A stretch of DNA of 62,201 nucleotides, the filler included, from Basidiobolus ranarum (taxonomy: Eukaryota), in NCBI GenBank assembly GCA_040143965.1. It is 13 parts of 13 records of this genome, joined end to end, with 100 filler letters (N's around TTAATTAATTAA, not from the genome) between each part and the next. Parts side by side here need not be neighbours in the genome. Positions count along the whole stretch, not along the records: positions 47,966 to 52,649 come from JASJQH010008741.1; positions 52,750 to 57,427 come from JASJQH010008742.1; positions 57,528 to 62,201 come from JASJQH010008743.1; 10 more parts are not named here. One strand, 5' to 3'. The translations under genes were made by a program, and so were the position numbers. The notes below the pieces were generated by a model that was not told the origin of the DNA, did no database searches, and saw only the letters and a list, made by a program, of their open reading frames with translations. This document shows, one piece after another, positions 49,660-62,201 of the stretch (positions within the stretch are counted from its first letter, which is position 1; each line of letters opens with the position of its first letter).

Positions 49660-52190
49660 TATTAAGCATGGGTGAAAATTTTGGGCAATTTGGATTGGTA
49701 AAGTGAACTGATTCATATTTTGAGCAATTAGAGCAATAAATACACATTTTTGAATGGCAGAATCAAGTGCTAAATAATCAGAATAAGAATAAACTGACTC
49801 CTAAATAATGCGTGGCTATTTACCTAATTTCCACATTCTCATTCAACTGCTTATTTTGTATTTGCAATAAACCCAACTTGTGTCCTAATAATTCAAATTG
49901 TGCCTTAGCTAAAGGTTTGGTTAAGATGTCAGCAATTGTTTCTTCAGTAGGGCAATATGCAAGTTCAATTATAACATTCCCTATAGCTTCAACAATATGA
50001 TACCTAATTTCTATTTTTTTGTTCTAGCATCAAAGGTAGGACTTTTAGCTAATGAAAGACAACTTTGATTATGTTCATATACAGCAATAGCACACCATTT
50101 CATGCATCCTAAGTCTTTAAATAACTTCCTTAACCCCAAAGCTTCTTGTTTAGTAGCAGAGGCAGCCTTATTTGTTGCCACTGTAGTGGATAGTGGTATG
50201 GCTGGTTGCTTCTTACTATTCCAAAGAATGTCTCCATTAGCATTGAGAAAAGTATACCCAGTTATTGTTCTTCTATCATCAAGGTTTTTGCTCCAGTCTG
50301 CATCAGAAGTGCCAGAGTATTCCAGAACTTGGTCCACAGTTCTTCTCAAATACCCAATTATTTATCTCACTGTACTTTTGTGATTGGATCTTGGATTTTT
50401 GAAATATTGGCTGACAGTTCCAGTGGCCACCACAATGTATGGACATGTTTCAACCATTTTATATATTTAACTACCCATCATAGTTTGATAAGCAATCTCC
50501 ATGCTATGATTTGGTCACTTGGGGCTAAATCAGATGAAATGTTAAATAATTTCACATAGGGATCTATTGGAGTTGATACAGGCTTACTATTCTCCATGTT
50601 GGAGTGTCTTAGGATGTCTAAGAAGTATCTAGACTGATTCAGCATTTTTTTTGGATTGGTAATATTGCTCTTGATTTGGATTCCATACAAATAACATAAA
50701 TCACCCATGTCAGTAAGAAATTGGTTTGATAAGCTGCTTTGATCTGATTAAGTGCTTCTAGAATGTTTGTGGCTATGAGAAAGTCTTCCACACATATTGC
50801 CAACATAACAGTCCCATATCTGGTTTTTTGTTGTAAATTCTGAGTTCTGCTGTGCATTTTTGGAACTCCAGTGACTTCAAGTATGTATCTATCTTGTTGT
50901 GCCATGCCCTGGGTGTTTTCTTGAGTCAATATGGCAATTTTTGTAGTTTGCAGAGAGTATCTGGGTGTTTTGAGTTAACAAATTCATCTGGTTGGCCTCT
51001 CAAGATTGCTTCTTCTAGATTTCCATTAAGAAAGGCTGCTTTGACATTCATTTGATGTAAATAACTGTTATGGATGGCAGAGAGTGCCAGGATTGATCTA
51101 ATGGAGCAAAACCTAGCTACCAGAGCAATAGTTTTATCAAAATCAAATCGTGGAGTCTGGGAATAACTTTGCATGACCAATCTTGCTTTGTACCTTTCTA
51201 TGGTTCCATCAGCTTGGTTTTCAACTTTATATACCTATTTGCAGCCTGTGGGCTTTGTTCCTGATGGTCAAAGATGCAAACCCATATTTTATTGTTTTGA
51301 AGTGAAGAAATTTTGTCTTACAATGTTTTTTCCCACATTTTTGAGTTTGGACACTCCAGAGCTTGATCTAGAGTCTGCAAAAGCATAGACTTCATTTTTG
51401 AAACTGTTTAACCAGTGCCCTGGCTTAATCATCCTCCAGGTCCAAAATCTTTCTATAATGTAATTTGGGCTTGAATTTTGATTGAGTTGGGCTCAGATAC
51501 AGCTGGAATGTTGCCAGCCACCTCCTAGGCTTTGTACTAAATATCACATCTTGGTACTTGATTAGCTTCTGATATTTGGTATCAAACAGTCTGCAGGCCT
51601 TAGATCCATTACAGTAACAAAGAAATAAGCATTTTCTACATTTGAGTACCAGCTTAGGGTGCTTTTGAGCTGGAATTAGGCAAAATGCAGTGCAACCAAA
51701 GATCCTCAGATGATCCACATGTGGTTTTGCTCCATATTGGGCTTAAATTGGAGTAAAATTTTGTAGCAATCTTGTCATGCATCTGTGTTTGATCTAGACT
51801 TGGGGTTAGGAATCTTGTTGGGCATCTGTTTTTGATATAGACTGCAGTGGAGACAGATTCAGCCCAATATTGGTGATTTAACTTCTGATCATGTAACATT
51901 GATCTTGCCATCTCTACTATGGTCTTATTAGCACATTCTGCCACTCCATGTTGCTGTGTAGTGTAAGATACAGTAGTTTGTTACTTAAATCCAAGTTGAC
52001 ATCAAAAACTGGCATAGTTTTGAGATCAATATTCTCCACCATTATCACTTCTTATTACCCTTATTTTTTGTGCGGATTCTTTCTCCACCATTGCTATGTA
52101 TATATAAAAGTAGCTAAAACTCCAGATTGTGAAATAAGAAAGAATACCTAAGAATATCTTGTTTTGTCATCAATAAAGGTAATAAAGTAC
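49660..52190 (-). mobile_element. Decayed Ty1/copia element (integrase, RT, RNase H, 3' LTR family C 49660-49835)
   Basis: GVAECANKTIVEMARSML, YWAESVSTAVYIKNRCPT, HLRIFGC, RYKARLV, HQMNVKAAFLNGNLEE, SDADWS and WNSKKQ. The LTR is the inverted homologue of 48504-48704. Confidence 0.93.
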
Positions 52191-52249
52191 ATCAAATTTT
52201 GTATTGGCCATAAGCCTAAGATTATATAGCTAAAGGGGATCTGCTGGAG

Positions 52250-52560
52250 CCAGTGCTTCCCATTAGGCACTATGAACTTACTATTCAACAACATTTCAAT
52301 GGTACTTACTCAGATACATAGTGGAAAACTCAATATGAATAAGCCATTTGTGGTAGGATCAAAGTTTGAATTGATTGGGAAAATGCTTGAAAACATCAAG
52401 ATGCCATCATATTTTACCAGGATCCCCATTGATATCCACTCATCTATGTGTTTATTCAAAATCAAAGACTGGAAGTATTGGATTTGAATATATTCAAGTG
52501 GGTTTTCACATTGTTTGAGCACAATAACAGCAACAAAACCCAATCCATGGACACAGAGTA
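52250..52560 (+). mobile_element. En/Spm (CACTA) transposase relic
   Basis: PLGTMNLLFNNI..IGKMLENIKMPSYFTRIPIDI..FKIKDWKYWI*IYS matches the CACTA pattern D.MH.L.....P..F.R.P.......FKA.EW..W...YS. Confidence 0.6.
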
Positions 52561-54826
52561 AGTACCTTTATAATTGGACTAATTTGCTTGTGTGATAATC
52601 TGACGGTTTTTTTAGGAAAGCTGCAAGACAGACTTCTTGGTGAGATAGANNNNNNNNNNNNNNNNNNNNNNNNNNNNNNNNNNNNNNNNNNNNTTAATTA
52701 ATTAANNNNNNNNNNNNNNNNNNNNNNNNNNNNNNNNNNNNNNNNNNNNCCAAATATTAGATAAGCAGTGGTATATTCACTCATGAGTGATCCATAATCA
52801 GAGTATATAGCTAACTGTACCTCTAGGTTTTGCAAAACCTATCATCTCTATTGAGACAAATGATTAGGAGCCAGACTACTTGACACATAACCAGAGCAAA
52901 ACTTTCACGGCTACAATAGGTTTTTACATCTAATATGGTTAGAGGTGTCTGTTTGCTCAACTCTAGCATGCAATCTACATTAAGGTCAAAGTGTTGTAGA
53001 CAGAGAACACAATAAAAGGTGCCTCCAAGTTACACTTGATAACTTGTCATTATGAACTAACAAATGACTCAGACTTTCAATGTATAATGCAAAATACTTG
53101 CAGATATGAACTATTGACCAGAGCAAGGACTTGGCCACTACAATAGTGTTTTGCACCTAATATGGTCAATATGTGCTTATAACTCAATGACCAGAGCATA
53201 CCATTAGGTGCTCAAATGATCATTTAGTTGTGAGGTGAGGGGAATGAGACTTGCCTACAAACTAACTACCATACTCTTTTTCCATGTCAGTTGACTTCAA
53301 TTGAATGCAAAAAATTGATATAGTGTTAAAAGTGTTTAGTTTGTTAATTATTTCAAATGAAATGTGGTGCAATTGGTTTCTTACTGTTTCTTTAATTCTA
53401 GCTGAAGCATAGTATTGAGCAAAGTGAACAGCTCAAATGAAGTATACCATATTTTTACTAGAGGAGAATAATTTCAAACCTTTTGCCATTTACAAAACGT
53501 TAGATGCCTTAGTAATTGGCCATTACATTGAAAAAAAGAACAGTACGATTTTATTTCCACTATAGTAATATTTAGCCATTGATTTTAAAAATAAGCTATT
53601 TGAAAGTCTATAACTCCTGTGCAAAGTTTTCATTTGGTTTGAAATTTTGAGACAAGTTAAAGGGGTCACTACTATTAATAATTATGGATTTTTACTTGGA
53701 TTAAGATTGTACCAATGCCACAAATAGAGATCTAGCTTTAATTATCCATATGAAGAACTAGTTTAACTAAACTTTCTGAATATTTGGCACGTAACAAATC
53801 CTAAGCTATTAGTAATAAGCTGCTGGTCCTACTTAATAAAATTTAGCATATTCTGTCACGGATTGATGAAGCTGCTTGGCATTTAGTATAAGCCAAATTA
53901 TTGTTGCGCTATAATTTGCAGTATTAATGAGCAATTACAAAGTTATAGAAGTTTTAAACAATGATAACTCAAGCAAAAGCTGACAAAATTAAATGAAATT
54001 TGCTCAGCATTCAATTATAGCAATATTTGCCATTGTTTCTTAATTGTATATCTATAGCCCTTATCAGAAGAATGCAATCAGCTGCTAATGTTTATGGATG
54101 CCCTATCAGATCAAAATCAGTTTTGCAGGCCTAAAATTTGATATAACATTGAACAGTATGAAATGAGTCTGGTGATAAATTTTCAAGTTGAAATTGTCTG
54201 ACTTCAGGAAGTTACATCATATTTTGTCATGTGCTAACCAAGAATTTGGTTATTGACCAGTCATGGTTCCAATGCAGCTCATATGGTCAAGATAGCCAGA
54301 GCTATGCACTTGGTAATACTGAACCATATTTGTTGAAGTTTCATGACTTAATAGCTATACCAATATTGCAGCTGCAGTGTAAGTATTAGTACTTTTTGCT
54401 AATACAATAATATACTATGATTGATCTAATAAACACCATATTTGTGCAAAAATGGGTGATCAATTTTGTATGAAACCTAAGGTACAGATTAATTAGGCAT
54501 TAAAATGTTTTGTGTTAAAATTTAAAGTAAATTGCAGCTATTTTGTGAGAGCTACATGTTGTTATACATTGTACCAGATTAACAGGTAAGTATATCTGGC
54601 CAATCATATACTGACTATATATATTACTACTAAATCTAGTATAGCATAATTATAGGATGATTCCGGAATAGACTGGTAACATGCACTACAAATGTGAACT
54701 ATTATTTATAAACTTGCTTCTATTCAGGTTTTTAAAAAGAGGCTTGCATTTGTAGTGCATGTCAAAGGGTACAAGCATTTGTTTAAGCTACTTGGGGATA
54801 TATAGGTCACCCAATAATTCAAAGAG

Positions 54827-55480
54827 TGATCACATCCTCAAGCTGTAGCAACCCAATTCAATTGATATTTTGCACACCTTGAGATCTACATATGTTGTAG
54901 CTCTCCACCAAATTTCAGCATTGTAGCTTGATTTTCTGTGCTAGTATTACAACTTTACTGAGAGGCACCAGTTTCGCTAAATTTCAGCTACCATCAATCA
55001 GTTCTCCCAACTTAAAACATTGATAATGCAAGTTTGGGTTGATGGATCATGTACTCAGGCTGTGGCAATTCAATTCAATCAAAATTTTGCAAAACCTTGA
55101 GATTCACATATGACATAACTTTCCACTAAATTTCAGCATTGTAGCTTGATTTTTCATGCTGGTATTACCGCTTTACTGAGAGGCACCAGTTTAAATAAAT
55201 TTCAGCTACTACCAATCAGTTCTCCCAACTTAAAACATTGATAATGCAAGTTTGGGTTGATGGATCATGTACTCAGGCTGAGGCAATCCAATTCCATTGA
55301 AACTTTGCACACCTTGAGATCTACATATGACATAACTCTCCACTAAATTTCAGCATTGTAGCTCAATTTTTGTGCTGGTATTACAACTTTACTGAGAGGC
55401 ACCAGTTTCACTAAATTTCAGCTTCTGCCAATCAGTTCTCCCAACTTAAAAGACTGATAACAAAAGATTGGGTGGATGGA
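54827..55480. repeat. ~217-218 bp tandem repeat, 3 units
   Basis: CCTTGAGAT recurs at 54877, 55095 and 55312. Units share AAATTTCAGCATTGTAGCT, TTTACTGAGAGGCACCAGTTT and CAATCAGTTCTCCCAACTTAAAA. Confidence 0.93.
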
Positions 55481-56332
55481 TTAGTATGAAACTTGGTATA
55501 AATATTAAACGTTGTTTGCTGAACAAGATACTGAATTTTCATTTTGATTCATTGATCACAGCAAACACAGTGTGTACCTCTCTACTAACAATATGTAATA
55601 AAAAAATTAAAAAACATATGATAGTGCCCTTTGTAGTATGTGGCATATATAACCCAAAGTTTCATTTTACTGACTATTTTGCTGCTTGCATACATACAAG
55701 CAAATATTGAAAAACACAACCAATATATAAATATTACAAAAGTCAAACTATCAAACAAAACAGCAGGATTTTTATTTACAAACTGATTGTGCCTGAATAT
55801 GAAGTTATGCTTTTTCACATTTGTCTAATTCTTTGCTTCTTTCCTACAAATTGAGGTCTCAGCAATCTTTCTTGTTTTTGAACTTATCAATTTCTTATTT
55901 ACTTTCTTTATTTTATATTTCAATCTTTTTCAATATTTTGCATTAAACACAATTTTCTAGAAAAGAAGGAAGCCAAACATTTGGATATTATCAATCATGA
56001 GAATTTTAAGTTATCACATAGGTGTGCATCAGCTATCAATTAATAAAAGCTTAGAAATTAGAATTTTAATTCCAAGTATATAGGCCTACTTAAGAAACTG
56101 TTGGAAGTAAAACATATGAACATTCCAAGAAGATCAATTGTTGGTATGTATTATATTAATAATTCTCACAATATTTTGACAATATGTGAATTGCGTGAAG
56201 ACTTGATAGAGGCTTTGGGAATAGTTTCTTCTCAAGATTTCAGGCAAAGATCAGTAATCTGGCCTTTGGAAAATTTGGGCAAGCCCAATTCTTCCCATAT
56301 ACTAGTGACTTGAGTATATTGTGAGAAGGGTG

Positions 56333-56435
56333 TACATGGGGGATTGCATCCCCCAAACCCCCTGCTTTTTTTTTTACATGGGGGATTGCATCCCCCAGAC
56401 CCCCTCTTTTCATCCTTACCCTCCCTTACCCTTAC
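56333..56435. repeat. Duplicated GC-rich hairpin followed by CCTTACC repeats
   Basis: TACATGGGGGATTGCATCCCCCA(A/G)ACCCCCT at 56333-56363 and 56375-56405 (7-bp stem, 3-nt loop), separated by a T-run. Confidence 0.85.
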
Positions 56436-56539
56436 CAGAACATCTATACCCTTATTTGTTTAATAGTAGTTTATCTAGTTATTAAATAAATATTACACCC
56501 TGTGGTGTTTATCATCCCCCTAACCCTCAGTGAGTGACT

Positions 56540-56617
56540 TCTCAGTGAAATATGGAATAACTAGATACTAAGCTAATATATGACTATATAGATGTTCAGG
56601 GCTTGTTAATTTTAACA
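56540..56617 (-). repeat. LTR family A-like terminal fragment
   Basis: TACTAAGCTA-ATATATGACTATATAG...TAATTTTAACA resembles 8056-8105. It is followed by a C-run, which is PPT-like on the minus strand. Confidence 0.5.
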
Positions 56618-57527
56618 TTTGCCCCCCCTACTGACCTGAAGCCACTGTGCTAGAGGAGTGAATGATGCGCTGCATAGAACAGTTGCCAAACTTGCGATGG
56701 AAGCACCAAGGGACAAGTTTATTGATGTACTTTGATGCTGGGCAATTGAGAGCCAGAGTGCCGGTGATTAGATGTGTCATGTAATATGCTACAGCTTAGC
56801 AGCTGCCAGAAAACAAAAAGTTGGCTCTGACGGATGGTCTTATGCATAAGCAGTGGAAACTTAGATAGCAACTACTTTGTGAACTAATCCTCATTGCCAA
56901 CAAATAAAACAAGAAAAATTAATAGTTGCTTGATCTGAATCAGTTTAATTAAGAGATGAGAAATCATGTTTGCACCTGATTTACTAAGCCGTAAGTTACA
57001 AATTTATTCACTTAATTCACCTCGCAATTTAAATCAGTGCAAAGCGTAATGCTTATTGGAAAATCTCAGACTTACCAAGACACGTCAATGACCACTCCCC
57101 TTACATGACCCATCTGAGGCTTTTTTCGCTTCACATTATGTTTCAATGGTATTGGCTGCTGATGTGTATTAGTAAGACAAGGAACAGGAGGCAGATTCCT
57201 AATAAAAAAGCGCATACGGTCCATTGAATGTTATAATGATTGTTCTTTTCTTCCTGAGCCTAATAATCTTTCTTCTTTGGGATAAATATCTCAAGAATAG
57301 ACCGTACCGCCGTCCCAGCCATCAGGAAGGAAAGGAAATCCAAGGTAGGTAGCTGAGTTCTGAGCAGATAAAGTTGAACCATTCAAAGAGAGTGAGCAGC
57401 CTAGAGGAACAGTCTTGGCTAAGGAGANNNNNNNNNNNNNNNNNNNNNNNNNNNNNNNNNNNNNNNNNNNNTTAATTAATTAANNNNNNNNNNNNNNNNN
57501 NNNNNNNNNNNNNNNNNNNNNNNNNNN

Positions 57528-60500
57528 ATACCAGGGATAAGAATGTGTTCAAAACATCCAATTCATAGGCCTTATCTTGGTCAAGTACACTTCTTGTACT
57601 TAAAAATCTGGTGAATAAATGGTTGATCATATAAATTGGCCGTAAGCAATGGCATGCAACTCACCTCCATTGCAGTACCTTTGAATAGCAGTGCCCCAGT
57701 GTACAAATGCTTGATAGTAAGCCAAATAAGTTAGAGAGATTCACAACTGCTGTATAGTCAAGTGTGGAGGCTTCAACACCACCATATAAAGGTCTCAGGT
57801 AATTCAGTGAGCAATCATGGAGTTTGAACTCTCAGTAAAATAATGAACATTGGAAATTGAAAAGTGCCTGTAATGCATATGCATTTTGCTGACACAGTGA
57901 TATAAGATATTACATTTGGTAATAAATTAGGCTATACTGGAAAATAAGGCTGAACAACTGGATCCAAAGTTACATTGTTTCAAGAATATGATTTCAAAGT
58001 AAAATAAAAATGCATATGGGTGACAACTTATTTTATGGGAAACAGAACAGATGGCTGTTAAAAGCACTCTACAGATTAAGGTTATTTGTAGCAATATCTT
58101 AAATTGTATCTCACTTATGTAAGCTCACAAAAATATTGAGTATATTGTACAAAGTCCTGTATGCTTTTCTTCATTGATTGAAAAAGGTCAACTTGGGTAT
58201 TACTTCACAATTGAAACTCAGAAGTATGAGGTGTGTTAAAATAACTTTATTTGGTGATGTAGAAAGAAGCAGTGAAAGCATCAGTAATGCTGTTAAAGAA
58301 GCATATTATTACTCTAATAGATTTTTTTTGTTCTAAGGATGAAATTGCTTATCAAATAATTGTTTCCTAATCTCCACAGTATGGCTAAGTAGTGAGATAT
58401 TTCAATAGCCCCCTAGCTACAATGTGAAGAGTACCCTTATATGGTTGAAAGTCAGGATACTACTGTTGGGCTGAACTTATTTCTACTAAAAGCCAACAAG
58501 ATTACAACTCAACATAATTACTCTAAGGTTTTGTATAAATCAAATCAAATGGCAAACTTCTTATGATTTGTAGTTGCATCATCAGTTATCTCATTTCAGC
58601 CTTAAAGACTTAGTAGTAGGTTCTTAAGGTGGGGTAAAGGCTTACTTGATAGCTGCTGTGCAAGATCATAAGCTAAGAAGGTGTCTGATGTATGGAATCA
58701 GATGTTATGAATGTTGTGGATGTATATTTACAGAAGAAGAAGGTTTTAACTCTCTGTATTAATTTAATATTCAGTGAACCCAGTGCACACAGTTCTGAAC
58801 TGATATACAAAACTCCTGCTTTGTCTTGATCTGATATAGTTGAAAGTCTTGTGTAACATATCTTGTAAGATATTTCTGGATCAAAAAGCTCACTTAAAAG
58901 GAGAAACTGACCTAGAAAGTAGCTTTAATGTTAGCATGGTGATTAGTGTTCTTAGATGCTATTCATTGACATGCCCCCAACTCTAGATCAAGCCACATAG
59001 TACCTGGAATTTAAGTTCTAAATACTGGCCAAATAGCTTTCTGCATTGCAAGAGAATAAATGACATTCTGCCTATGTCAACAAAAGTTGAACCCAACATT
59101 CAATCAAGGAAAGTGTCACCAATTCATCATTTATTCATAAATAATCCACACAATCAATATTGCAGTGTCCTGGCACAGTGAATCATGCAACACCTGAAAA
59201 TATAAGGATTCCAAATACACAGAACTTGCAATGTTATAATAAAGCCTATTAAGCAAAAGTACTGGTACCAAAAAAGCACAGCTCAAGGATACTTTATCTA
59301 ACTAGTGGAGCTACAAAATATAAATTGCAAAAAGCCATCAAAAGTGGGGTTTGGGACAGTTTATGCTGAGGCATATGAAATTGCATAGCTAGGGAAGCTA
59401 TTGACTGACTAAAGAGACCTGCAATAAGGTGTTGTTATTATGTTTAAGACAAATGAAGTTTTATTTTGTTGGCTAAAAAGAATATGCTTCATTTCAATTA
59501 CTTACATCAGGGTCAAACCTTAAACTAAAGTATTATTGAAGTTAACAACAAAGAGCTTAGCTAAAGAATATAAAATGTAGTTTTTTGAGTGCATCTGCTG
59601 AAAACAAGTAAATAGCAACTCATTTTATTATAGTTTTGTTATCAATATGTGATCATTTATCACTCAATTTGAAGACATTGCAACACTGATACTTATATTA
59701 GAAGACCAAATCACAGATTGTTCTTATATTGCCTACTAGTGTGACTATTGCATCAAATTCTGATTACAATTTATTAAGTTGGCAGAGTGAGCAATTGTAA
59801 ATACAAGGCTCACAAAAACAATTTGGTCAAGTAATTTTAGATAAGTAAAGGGATATGTTAAAGTGGCATTGTGATGATTGGGTTATGATCACTTTTCATT
59901 TGATCCACTTTGACTTTATATTGGTAAATGGTGTTGCTACTGACTAATTCTATTTGCTATCTACAAGGCAAATAACTTCTGTATATGCCAATATACATTG
60001 AGGTATAATACTTTTTACTGATAGTAATAGATTTGGTATATAAGAAGTAACACTTCCACTGCTGCCTTTAGCAAGCCCTAACAGGCAACTGACTTATTTC
60101 TCAGCTAACTACAGCCTACATTTGTCCTCTATGCCCACTACACTTATTATGTCAGTGTGGCAAAGACCTATTATACTCAACAATACTTTACTACATTGCT
60201 CAATGAGTGGCATTGCTTAAATAGGATGCTGTAAAAGAGTGTAGTAAAGTATTAATTGTATAGAAGCCTTTGAATTTTTTTATGTGAGTATGCTTGCAGC
60301 ATGGGAAGCAGGGTCTTAAAAGCAGTAATATATTCAAAATACTGTATATAACTGGTGGCCTTCACATTACTGGTGAGTATTTGAAAGCTAAAGCTGATGA
60401 GCATAACAAATTGTCCACATGGCTAGGAAAAAGAATGTCAGACCTTCTTCTGTTGACCACTTTGGCAGGGATTTTTCTCAAAAAGTTTACAGATACTTTT

Positions 60501-62201
60501 CCAAACTATTGTTCTATAATCAGCCCTTTAGAGGATGTTAGTACTAGCTTACTACTGCTTACCAGTGTTTATGGAAAGTACTTAAGCTATGTTTGAAGAA
60601 ATAAATTGCCTAAGTCCCAAACTCCAACTAATATTATTTTGCAAGCAGTGATGGATAGTAAGCAGCTGCATGTTATTGATACCCCCTCTTATTGTCTCTA
60701 TCAAAGTATGAGCCATATTACTACTGTACTTTTGTATATTCATGTATTTGCTTTTCCTGCCTGAATCAATATCTAACCTCATGCCAGGTTGAGCTGTAAC
60801 ATCATCTAATAAAACACTGGTGATGGTAATGCACAGGTATAATGTTGTATAGAAAGACAAGGTTGGTCAAACATTTCACCTATGCAAGTTGTGGTCTTAG
60901 TCAGCATGGTAACCTGTAACGGTGTTAAGTACATTAATTCACAGATGATGTAAGGATATTTCATATTGTTCAGAACCCCGGAGATCAGTAGTGAGGCCAT
61001 TATTCAATTGTAGGATATACATGACTATATTAACTAAATTCCAGAATGTTTGCAATATTCACTGATAACTAATAGCACTTTAACTCCAAACATTTCATTA
61101 TGAACACACTTACTCTTGTACTTCAAAACAATCAAATAGACCGCTAACTTGCACAGTTTACTTCTTTAAGCTTTTACTGTATATTGTTCCATATCACTAA
61201 GCACAAACTTTTCTACTGCTATAGTGCCAGATTATGATGTATATGATTTATTAGATAAGTTATTCTATGTAGGCATTCATTATTGAAAAGCAAAGGTTAT
61301 CTTAAAAATGATAGTGAGGGTTTGCATGTATAAGCTAAGTTTGGTCTCACAAAGTTTAGTGATGGAGACTTACTCTATATCACTTGATGTTACTTTAGTG
61401 GAATATTTACCTTCATATTTGCAGAGATACAAGGGGCTTTTGCACTATAAGATTAATGTATAGACATATTGCTAGTAAAAAGACCATGCAGAAAGCTTAC
61501 AATTGAACTTTACAAGGGTATTGTGGCAATAATAACAAGGAGCTTCCAATATATGGAGTACTGATAGAAGCACTTTATAAATGCATGGCATTAAAAATTG
61601 TATGGGCTCTTTATCTTTGTACAACAGCATCTGGTGACTTGGGTCTGCTTCCTGTTAAACATGCTGCAAGAAAATCCTTTCTGACTAAAGCATTTATGAC
61701 AGGAAGTGCTTTGGTTGTCAATGCTGCATCAATTCCTTGCTTTAGCAATGTTAGTTTACAATAATTGCCATAAACCTTCCAGTTTAGAATTTGAATGGTA
61801 TCTTTAATTATATCTCCACAGAACTCTTGTTTCTCTTAACTTGCTGACATAAAGCATGTTGAGTGTTAAAAAATGAAACTAAAAAGCTTGATGAATACTA
61901 GTTTGATGTATATTGAGTTGAAAATATTTAGTGGTGAAGTTAACAGGTTTCCATGATAAGTAGTTTTGGAAGTTGAAGTATCCTTGGACCAAAGCATTAT
62001 GAAAAATTGGCTGATATTACTTGCCCAAGTAGCTTTGTGAATATGCACTTACTTCATCCATACCAATTATCAAAAAATAAACTCAATTGTCTGATTTTGC
62101 TTCTTTTTTAGTGTTTCAGATTGATTTTGGGTATTATTCAATCAGCTAAATATAGTTTTAATGGTGTTAAGTTAAGAAATGGTTGTTTCCTGATTTGTAC
62201 A
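57528..62201. mobile_element. Heavily decayed, CpG-depleted repeat-derived DNA of unassigned class
   Basis: No credible gene, only short interrupted frames. CG dinucleotides are nearly absent, as in the copia relics. Confidence 0.35.

Noticed and set aside
4707-57527. Regularly spaced TTAATTAATTAA palindromes every ~4.8 kb
   Set aside because: Assembly linkers between size-sorted contigs, so not biological. Cross-linker gene clusters and ORFs containing X-runs are artefacts.

Overview
This is not one continuous locus. It is 13 short contigs (4706 down to 4674 bp, in decreasing length order) joined by an artificial 100-bp linker (44 N + TTAATTAATTAA + 44 N), so gene neighbourhoods are only meaningful within a contig. 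The DNA is eukaryotic and AT-rich with many short GT-AG introns. Gene content suggests an early-diverging fungus (Zoopagomycota/Mucoromycota-like, possibly Basidiobolus-like; inference). Recognisable genes are a YPK1/Gad8 kinase (3' part), TMA20/MCT-1, ERV46, an R3H protein tail, a tandem PepT1-type POT transporter array, SNF12/BAF60, a beta-hydroxyacid dehydrogenase, an F-box protein, SDS23, ALKBH6, BRX1, a cAMP-receptor/Git3-like GPCR, ARL5 and a TRA2/SR45a-like splicing factor. There are many decayed Ty1/copia elements (three LTR families, repeatedly nested into themselves), an En/Spm transposase relic and a Helentron-like repeat region, all strongly CpG-depleted. The most interesting item is an intronless, actinobacterial-type EgtD homologue (6147-7109). 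Its histidine-recognition residues are replaced, suggesting a horizontally acquired, re-purposed aromatic amino acid N-methyltransferase. It lies next to a 15-aa tandem-repeat peptide ORF. A spliced gene with RAD51AP1-like N-terminal architecture is also notable. Family assignments come from motif recognition from memory, not database searches.
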